Source: Rhodospirillaceae bacterium
Lineage (GTDB): Bacteria; Pseudomonadota; Alphaproteobacteria; SP197
Assembly (NCBI GenBank): GCA_002722885.1
Contig: PBNE01000018.1
Location: 3,113 to 67,112, forward strand
DNA length: 64,000 bases
Direction of reading: 5' to 3'
Each line of letters opens with the position of its first letter. The stretch's first letter is position 1. A program made the position numbers and the translations under genes. Below, one piece after another: positions 54,722-61,702 of the stretch. The notes under the pieces are model-generated. The model was not told the origin of the DNA, ran no database searches, and saw nothing but the letters and a program-made list of their open reading frames with translations.

Positions 54722-55408
54722 GTGACATTTGCCGTTCCCCCGCTTGATCCTGTCGGGCTCGCCATCGAGGACAGCGAGGCGTTACTCCCTGTCGCCCGCG
54801 CCTATTGCATCGGCCGCAACTATGCCGATCACTCCATCGAGATGGGCGGAAACCCTGACCGCGAGGAACCGTTCTTCTTCACCAAACCGGCAACAGCCAT
54901 CGTTCCCGGTGGTGGCGAAATCGCCTACCCCAGTGCCACGTCGGATATGCATCACGAGCTTGAGCTTGTCGTGGCGCTCGGCAAGGGCGGGCGGGACATT
55001 GCCGTGGGCGACGCTCTGGATCATGTCTTCGGCTATGCCGTCGGCATCGACCTCACCCGCCGCGACCTGCAGGCAGCCGCGAAGAAGGCAAGTCGTCCCT
55101 GGGACATGTCCAAGGGCTTTGACCAGTCAGGCCCCATCGGCACGCTCATGACGGTCGATGCCTGCGGCCATATCGACGATGCGCCCATGAGTCTCACGGT
55201 GAACGGCGAGACGCGTCAGAGCGGTAATGTGAACCAGATGATCTGGAAGCCGCCCGAAGCGATCGCCTATCTCTCCGGTCTTGTGGAGTTGCGCGCCGGC
55301 GATATCATCTTCACCGGCACACCCGCCGGCGTTGCTGCGGTGGAGCGGGGCGACAGCCTTCATGCCGACGTTGCCGGACTTCCGGCCCTCGACTGCACCG
55401 TCGTCTGA
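54722..55408 (+). CDS. Fumarylacetoacetate hydrolase (FAH)-family protein
   Basis: YCIGRNYADH, FFTKP, ELELVVALG, GYAVGIDLTRRD and IFTGTPAGV. GTG 54722 is preceded by AGGAG. Confidence 0.85.
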   Translation: MTFAVPPLDPVGLAIEDSEALLPVARAYCIGRNYADHSIEMGGNPDREEPFFFTKPATAIVPGGGEIAYPSATSDMHHELELVVALGKGGRDIAVGDALDHVFGYAVGIDLTRRDLQAAAKKASRPWDMSKGFDQSGPIGTLMTVDACGHIDDAPMSLTVNGETRQSGNVNQMIWKPPEAIAYLSGLVELRAGDIIFTGTPAGVAAVERGDSLHADVAGLPALDCTVV

Positions 55409-55426
55409 TACGCCCGCGACCCGGGT

Positions 55427-56464
55427 CTAAGTCAGGTCCGCGCGGTCGATCACTGAGCAGATCATGGCGAGGTGATCACCGGGTTTGACGACCGGGTTCC
55501 GCCGCCGCACGGCCAGGAGGCCGCTTTGCGGCGCCACAAGTGTGCCGGCAATCATGCCAAAGCGATGAACATCGTGAATCGTCGCCACAAGAGCACCTTC
55601 CTCGACTTCCTGAGCCAGTACGAGATGTGGCTCGGCCAGGCCGTGACAATCGGTCGTAAGCAGTGAAGCGCCGTCGGTGATGTTCAGGAAGGTGGTAGCG
55701 GCTCCCTGCGAATCACCGCCCAGCGCATCGCGCAGGTCGCTGTCGATCAACCCTTCGCGACACAACAGCCGCAGGCAGCCTCGCCAGCCATGATCGAGCG
55801 AGGAGGCCGAGACCGTTCCCATACCGCCAAGCTCACAAGACAGGAATCGCGTGTTCTGACGGTAGGCCGCCGTATCGAAATCACCGGAATAGGGTCCGCC
55901 GATGGGACAGATCATGGTGTGCGGTGCTCCGAAACACTCGGCTGACGCCAGATTGTCCGCATCAAGCTCGGGCTGATCGCCGCGGCAGAGGAAGGCGCAA
56001 TCGACATACTGGGTTGCCGTGCCGCCTGAATGGAAATCGAGGATCAGGTCGGCCATGGCGATTAGATGCTCGTTGACCCATCCTGCAATGGCACGGGTCG
56101 GTCCCTGATCGGTCGCACCGGGAAAGGCCCGGTTCATGTTGCCCTTGTCCAGTGGCGAGACTCGAGCTCTGTCCAGCATGGCCGGCGTGTTGAGCGCCGG
56201 CATCATGATCAGCCGGCCCGAGATCTGATTCGGTGCCAGCGCGGTCATCAGCTGCCGCAAAACGATCTGTCCTTCGTACTCGTCTCCGTGATTGCCGGCT
56301 GTCAGCAGGATCGTCGGCCCGTCACCACCGACAAGAACGCCGATTGGCACACGAATGCTGCTGAAGGCATGCTCGCTGTCGGAGTGATCGAGATCGACAA
56401 ATCCGGCCCGTTTCCCTGGTGCCTCAAAATCAAGGGCGCAGCGCGCCGGCCCAAAGCTCAGCAT
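55427..56464 (-). CDS. Succinylglutamate desuccinylase/aspartoacylase (AstE/AspA, M14-like) family deacylase
   Basis: ILLTAGNHGDEYEG (zinc-ligand H..E block) and LDFHSGG. TGATG overlap with the upstream hyuB-like gene. Confidence 0.85.
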   Translation of the reverse strand: MLSFGPARCALDFEAPGKRAGFVDLDHSDSEHAFSSIRVPIGVLVGGDGPTILLTAGNHGDEYEGQIVLRQLMTALAPNQISGRLIMMPALNTPAMLDRARVSPLDKGNMNRAFPGATDQGPTRAIAGWVNEHLIAMADLILDFHSGGTATQYVDCAFLCRGDQPELDADNLASAECFGAPHTMICPIGGPYSGDFDTAAYRQNTRFLSCELGGMGTVSASSLDHGWRGCLRLLCREGLIDSDLRDALGGDSQGAATTFLNITDGASLLTTDCHGLAEPHLVLAQEVEEGALVATIHDVHRFGMIAGTLVAPQSGLLAVRRRNPVVKPGDHLAMICSVIDRADLT

Positions 56465-58239
56465 CAGTTTTCCCCTTCTTCGTTCGTGAGGCGCCGCCGC
56501 AAGGCAGTCGTCGCGTCCCCATCGACTCCGCCCGATGTATCGAGCACGACGCCGTAAACATCCCGCGCCCTTTGCACCGACACCAGACCTTCGGCAACAT
56601 CATGGGCCACACGGCCGGGTTCCCTTCGATGGGCAGCACCATAACCGCCGCCACCCGGTGAAACACCGGTGACGCAATCGCCCTTCTCCAGCACTAGGGT
56701 CGCCCAACCGTCGGCCGCCTCGTCGTCTCCGGCACGGCGGGTCACGGTGTTGCGTGCCGGGGCACCCGCACCACCACCCCGCGCACCCAGCGCCGGGAAG
56801 GTCGTGCCATCACTTTGATAAAACACCTCCATGCAGGCACCATGAGCCGCAAAGGTGACCTGCGACGCCGGAGCCCCCCGGAACGTCCCGGCACCCTCGC
56901 GATCCGGCACCAGGCGTCGTTCGGTCACGAGCACGGGATGGCGCAGCTCATCGACCTCGACGCTGTCAAAAAACGACATTCCGGCCGTGCCGGTCGTGAT
57001 CATTGCAAGCCAGCCGTCGGCACGCGGGCTTCCTGCTCCCAGCGTGTCGCCCAGGATCAACTGGTCGACGAAGGGCCTGCCGTCCCGTCCCTCCTCGTGG
57101 CCGGAGATCACCGCCTGCGCTGCGGTCTGAACGCCGCCGACCTCGGCCATGCCGTAGCCATCCGCCAGATTGGCAAAGGCTAGGTGCACCGCATTGGTCA
57201 GCCGGTCTGCGACGTTCTGGGTCGCCACTGAACAGCTCGTCGGATGGCGCGGAATTCCCACCACGCAATTCTCGCGCAGAGCCATATCCAGTCGCCGGAA
57301 GCTGCCTGCGTTGGTCGGCACATCAAGACCCAGACTGTTGAACGTCCCCACCATGGCGGCCGTTCGGGCGCAGGCCTCGCTGAGGTTGAGCCCGTTGGGC
57401 AGACAATCGGGGTTGTCGGTGAGATCAACCGCGATCCTGCCTCCCTCAGGGTCGACCGCAATCTCGGCCTTGATCGGGATGCCGTCCGCGGGCGTGCCGG
57501 GGAACGGATCGTGCCGTGTCTGACCGACTGCCGACCCTGCGGGCAGTTCCGCGACGGCCAGCGCCATTCGGCGTTCGCTGTAATCGAACCAGGCGGCGAT
57601 CATCTCGTCCAACCGGTCCCAGCCCATCTCACCGGCCAGCGTGATCAGTTCTCGCTCGCCCACACGCGCGGAGCCGACGCCGGCAAGATAGTCCCCGCGC
57701 CACTGCTCCGGGCTCCGGATGCGCAGTTCACACATTCGAATAAGGTCATCGAGGTCCTCGTAGTCACGCTGCACGCGGGTCGCGGCAAAGATCAATGCAC
57801 CTTCCTCGTACACATCACGGGCGGCAGCGTGATAGGTCGTGGGCACAGAGTTGCCGATGTCGGCCTGGTGGGCCTTGGCCATCACTGTGAAGCGATGGCG
57901 ACCCTGATCATCCATGACAGGCACCAGAACCGAGAGATCGGCCGCGTGGGAACAGCCGTGATAGGGCGAGTTGTGCAGAAACGCGTCGCCAGCCGCCAGG
58001 CCAGGGTGAAAGTCCTGCATCGTCGCTGCCATCTGGTCCGGGCCCGCCATCACGTGGATGGGAAGGCTTTCGGCAGCGGCCACCAGTTCGTTGCCCGCCG
58101 TAAGCACGCAGCAGGAGAAATCCCGACCCGTGTTGATCACGCCGGAGCGCGCAGAACGCAGCAGCGTGTTCTGCATCTTGCGTGCGACCCCTTCCATGCG
58201 CTTGGAGAAGATCGCGAGATCGAGGCCACTCACGGTCAT
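56464..58239 (-). CDS. Hydantoinase B/oxoprolinase family protein
   Basis: FSCCVLTA, NSPYHG.SH..D and ADGW..GG..G blocks typical of HyuB. ATGA overlap with the hyuA-like gene. Confidence 0.9.
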   Translation of the reverse strand: MTVSGLDLAIFSKRMEGVARKMQNTLLRSARSGVINTGRDFSCCVLTAGNELVAAAESLPIHVMAGPDQMAATMQDFHPGLAAGDAFLHNSPYHGCSHAADLSVLVPVMDDQGRHRFTVMAKAHQADIGNSVPTTYHAAARDVYEEGALIFAATRVQRDYEDLDDLIRMCELRIRSPEQWRGDYLAGVGSARVGERELITLAGEMGWDRLDEMIAAWFDYSERRMALAVAELPAGSAVGQTRHDPFPGTPADGIPIKAEIAVDPEGGRIAVDLTDNPDCLPNGLNLSEACARTAAMVGTFNSLGLDVPTNAGSFRRLDMALRENCVVGIPRHPTSCSVATQNVADRLTNAVHLAFANLADGYGMAEVGGVQTAAQAVISGHEEGRDGRPFVDQLILGDTLGAGSPRADGWLAMITTGTAGMSFFDSVEVDELRHPVLVTERRLVPDREGAGTFRGAPASQVTFAAHGACMEVFYQSDGTTFPALGARGGGAGAPARNTVTRRAGDDEAADGWATLVLEKGDCVTGVSPGGGGYGAAHRREPGRVAHDVAEGLVSVQRARDVYGVVLDTSGGVDGDATTALRRRLTNEEGEN

Positions 58240-60314
58240 GACGTCATCTCCCCGCCGACAGTCACAATGAGATTTCCGCTCTCGTCGCGCCTAAAGGTCG
58301 CATCGTCGTCGACCACCAGGGTTGTGACGTCGGTTTCAACAAAAGCAGGCCCCGTGAACATCGCTCCGGGTTCCAGCGAACCGAAGCCGAGGACCGGCAC
58401 CGATTGCCAGCGCCCGCCCAGGAAACCCTGCCGTGTGTTCACCGAACCGATGCGATCACCGCCTTGTTCCAGCATTGCCAGCGGCCCGGAACGCAGGTCA
58501 GCCGAAACACGCGCGCGCCAGTTCACGAATTCAATCTCCGCCCCGCGATCGTCAAACGCAAATATGTCCCGATGCAGTCGGTGGAAGTCCTCGATCAGCG
58601 CGCCAATACCATCTTCGCAGTCGAAGGTGCCATCCCGCAGAGGCAACTTGATCTCCCAAATCTGTTGCGCGTAGCGCGCTTCAACACTGTAGGACACGCG
58701 TGCCGCCTGTGGATGGGCCAGCCGCTGTGCAAAGGCATCACACCGTTTCTTCAGGCTGTTCAGGACCGCTCTGGCGCGGCCGATATCGAAGGCATCGCTC
58801 CGGATGAGCTGAAACTCTGCAACGTCGTCGCTCAACGGGCACAGCAGCCCTCCGACGGCACTGATCGCCGCCCCCGCACCGGGGAACAAAACTGTCGAAC
58901 AACTCAGTCGTCGAGCAATCGCCACGGCATTCAGACCGGCCGCACCGCCACCGCCGATCAGCACCGTCTCACGGGGATCGACACCCTGATTGACTGTGAT
59001 GTCCTCGATCGCGCCGGCCATGGTTTCGGTTGTCAACGCCAGCACAGCCGCCGCGGCCTCCTCCACGTCAAGGCCCATTGGCTCGGCAACTTCCCGTACA
59101 AGCGCCTCACGCGCCAGGTCAGGGTCAAGCGCCATCCGTCCGCCCAGGAAGTAAGCGGGATCGATGTGACCCAGCACGACAGAGGCGTCGGTCACCGTGG
59201 GAAGCCGGCCGCCTGCGCCATAGCAGGCCGGACCGGGCACGGCCCCCGCGCTTTGCGGCCCCACGTACAGGAGCCCGGCGTCGTCCACGCCCGCAATGCT
59301 GCCGCCGCCGGCTCCCACACTCGAGATGTCGACCGACGGAAATCCTGTCATGTGGCCGAGGTAGGGCTGACCGATCCAGGTTTCGCGGGTCTCCGGGATC
59401 TCGCCATCCCGGACCAGCGCCACGTCGTACGTCGTACCGCCGGTGTCCGCCACGATAGCGCGGTGCCCCAATCCAGCCCGCTCGATCAGATGGTTGGCCG
59501 CGACAGGGGCCATAGCCGGGCCCGATTTGACGACGTGAACCGGTGATGCTGCGAGCTCGGCCGCTTCCTTCATCATGCCCTGTGAAGTCACCACCAGTAG
59601 CCTGCCTTCATAGCCGGCACCACGAAGCCGTTCCTCAAGCTGTTCCAGATATGACGTCATGACCGGCTTCAGCGCCGCATCCAGTGCCGTTGCCGACGCA
59701 CGTCTGTATTCGCGCAGCGACGGATTGACTCGGTGAGAAAGGCTGACGGGAAGATCCGGAAAGCGTTCCTGGAGCATTGCACCCACACGCTGCTCGTGAA
59801 TCGGATTAACGATCGACCAAAGAAGGCAGACCGCGATGGCCTCAACTTCTGCAGCCTCGAGCCTGTCCATGACATCAACCAGCCCGCCTTCATCAAGCGG
59901 CTGCACCACGAAACCTGTCACGTCGATCCGTTCAGGCACCTCGTAGGTCAGCGCCCGCGGCACAAAGGGCTCGGGATAGGCAATGCCGTGATCGAACAAC
60001 GGCAGTCCAATGCGGCCGCCCTCGCGCAACATCAGGATATCGGGATGGCCCTTCGTTGTCAGAAAGGCAGTGCGGGCCGTCAAGCCGGTGATCACAGCGT
60101 TGGTTGCCGTGGTCGTGCCATGCACGAAGAGCTCGCAGCTCGCCAGAAGTCTGGTTGTTGTCAGCTCCAATTCGCGTGCAGCCACGTCCAGGACACCAAG
60201 CACGCCGTCCACCGGATTGTCCGGGGTGGTCGGCGCCTTGAAGAGACGCAGCGTGTTACCGTCCTCGATCACCAGATCGGTGAAGGTGCCGCCCGTATCG
60301 ACCGCAAACCGCAT
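58236..60314 (-). CDS. Hydantoinase A/oxoprolinase family protein (ATP-dependent)
   Basis: MRFAVDTGGTFTDLV at the N-terminus, HGTTTATNA and DTGGTTYDV (actin-fold ATPase motifs). Confidence 0.9.
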   Translation of the reverse strand: MRFAVDTGGTFTDLVIEDGNTLRLFKAPTTPDNPVDGVLGVLDVAARELELTTTRLLASCELFVHGTTTATNAVITGLTARTAFLTTKGHPDILMLREGGRIGLPLFDHGIAYPEPFVPRALTYEVPERIDVTGFVVQPLDEGGLVDVMDRLEAAEVEAIAVCLLWSIVNPIHEQRVGAMLQERFPDLPVSLSHRVNPSLREYRRASATALDAALKPVMTSYLEQLEERLRGAGYEGRLLVVTSQGMMKEAAELAASPVHVVKSGPAMAPVAANHLIERAGLGHRAIVADTGGTTYDVALVRDGEIPETRETWIGQPYLGHMTGFPSVDISSVGAGGGSIAGVDDAGLLYVGPQSAGAVPGPACYGAGGRLPTVTDASVVLGHIDPAYFLGGRMALDPDLAREALVREVAEPMGLDVEEAAAAVLALTTETMAGAIEDITVNQGVDPRETVLIGGGGAAGLNAVAIARRLSCSTVLFPGAGAAISAVGGLLCPLSDDVAEFQLIRSDAFDIGRARAVLNSLKKRCDAFAQRLAHPQAARVSYSVEARYAQQIWEIKLPLRDGTFDCEDGIGALIEDFHRLHRDIFAFDDRGAEIEFVNWRARVSADLRSGPLAMLEQGGDRIGSVNTRQGFLGGRWQSVPVLGFGSLEPGAMFTGPAFVETDVTTLVVDDDATFRRDESGNLIVTVGGEMTS

Positions 60315-60488
60315 GGTAATGGTGCTGCCTTCCCTGAGGCTGGCAGCATGGCCTGCGACAAGGTGCGATGTCGAGCAGGCGCTTGGAAGTCACCATAGCG
60401 TGTCGGGTCTTGCCGATCAGTGCGATCGGGTTCAACGTCGCTCGACAAGACGGCCTAATCGCCTGATTTCTGTAGGAAAGGACACGAC

Positions 60489-60866
60489 ATGCTCGCCTAT
60501 GTGATGGTCGGCAGCGCCAATCTGAAACGCTCCGCAAAGTTCTACGACGCGGTGATGGATGCACTCGGCTACATCCGAACTGAAACTGAGAAGAGCTACA
60601 TCGGCTACGGGACCAAACGTGCCCCGGATCAGACGGTGTTTTACATCACCCGCCCCTACAACCGTCGCAAGGCAAGCGTGGGCAACGGCACGATGATCAC
60701 TTTGAAGGCGCGATCCCGCAAAGCACTCGATGCCTTCCACGCAGCTGCCCTTGCGAACGGCGGAACCAACGAAGGCAAGCCCGGACCACGGCTCGACGGC
60801 GACCCTACCTGTTACGCATATGCCCGCGACCCCGACGGCAACAAGATCTGCGCCTGCAGCCCCTAG
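60489..60866 (+). CDS. VOC (glyoxalase/bleomycin-resistance) family protein
   Basis: 125 aa. LAYVMVGSANLKRSAKFYDAVMDALG... and YAYARDPDGNKI are the typical VOC ends. Confidence 0.85.
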   Translation: MLAYVMVGSANLKRSAKFYDAVMDALGYIRTETEKSYIGYGTKRAPDQTVFYITRPYNRRKASVGNGTMITLKARSRKALDAFHAAALANGGTNEGKPGPRLDGDPTCYAYARDPDGNKICACSP

Positions 60867-61152
60867 ATCGGTTCGCTGGCGATGGCGCCAGTCAAGAGCG
60901 TCACGTCGGCGTCCCCGATGACGTTCCAGACGTCGAGCTGGATCGAGCCGCCGGTCAGGTCCGCGAAGTCGCCAACCGTCGAAACCAGTCCCTGATCGGC
61001 CGTGTAACGTTCCCAGTCAAACACATCGTTGCTGGCGAAAAACCCATAGGTCTCCGTCCTGTCGGTCGTACCGCCCCGTCAAAGTCGCACGTGACCTGTG
61101 CCTGCGTGCCATTACCTACCTCGCCGCCAGCATCGAGCGGCAATGTGAACAC
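60863..61152 (-). pseudogene. Frameshifted remnant of an unidentified gene (C-terminal about 90 codons)
   Basis: The native-GC minus-strand reading ..PLDAGGEVGNGTQAQVTCDFD switches frame to TETYGFFASNDVFDWERYTADQGLVSTVGDFADLTGGSIQLDVWNVIGDADVTLLTGAIASEPI*. There is no start codon, and the upstream part is replaced by lower-GC DNA. Confidence 0.35.
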
Positions 61153-61411
61153 CGAGCTTTTTGTCAGCCTTGCAAACAGATGTAAGCTCTACAGTTCCGA
61201 GAACTATGCCGAACTGCCAGCCCTATACTTCAAGGATATGGAGACCGACGAGTTTAGCGTTGTGCTTGCGTAAATGTTGTTGAGATACCGCGGGTTCCGA
61301 GAGCACCACTACTTTCAACTGGCCAAGGCTCGGTTCTGAAAGGTAAACACGCGAAAACCGGAGGCTTTAGCTTCCAGTTTTTCTGAATTTCTTAGCGAAT
61401 TTCACAACATT

Positions 61412-61439
61412 TTTACAAACGAATTATATTTGTTATCAT
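61412..61439 (+). promoter_or_regulatory. Sigma70-type promoter candidate for the islet genes
   Basis: TTTACA-N16-TATCAT in an AT-rich stretch, 27 nt upstream of ATG 61466. Confidence 0.45.
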
Positions 61440-61465
61440 TTCATGAATATCAAAATGAGTGTGAC

Positions 61466-61693
61466 ATGAAAAACGAGTCTGTAAAACGTGAGAAATTTGT
61501 GCGCCTAGCTGAAGGTCGAACTCAAGCAGCTTTGAACGCAATTCGGAAGATCGGAAATTTATCAAACATGCGTGCTTACGAGTACACAGATGCCGATATC
61601 AAGAAGATCATCAAAGCACTGAAAGATGCAGTTAGCGATGCTGAACGCAGCTTTTCGTCGACGGGCGAACAATCCGACGCGTTTAAGCTTTAG
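61466..61693 (+). CDS. Small hydrophilic helical protein (75 aa), unknown function
   Basis: MKNESVKREKFVRLAEGRTQAALNAIRKIGNLSNMRAYEYTDADIKKIIKALKDAV. Lies 9 nt upstream of, and co-directional with, the GHKL gene. An alternative TTG start at 61430 overlaps the promoter. Confidence 0.65.
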   Translation: MKNESVKREKFVRLAEGRTQAALNAIRKIGNLSNMRAYEYTDADIKKIIKALKDAVSDAERSFSSTGEQSDAFKL

Positions 61694-61702
61694 GAGAAGT
61701 CC

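Noticed and set aside
60341-60356. TGGCAGCATGGCCTGC upstream of the VOC gene as a sigma54 promoter.
   Set aside because: The -12 GC is displaced by one nucleotide relative to TGGCAC-N5-TTGC, and the -24 element has G instead of C at its last position. A VOC gene has no expected sigma54 dependence.
61100-61400. Direct repeat of the tRNA 3' end (attL) at the left border of the islet, e.g. TACCGCGGGTTCCGAGAGC at about 61287-61305.
   Set aside because: It shares only a few scattered identities with TAGCGGGGGTAGGATTTGAACC and has no contiguous match of useful length. The islet borders therefore remain defined by composition only.
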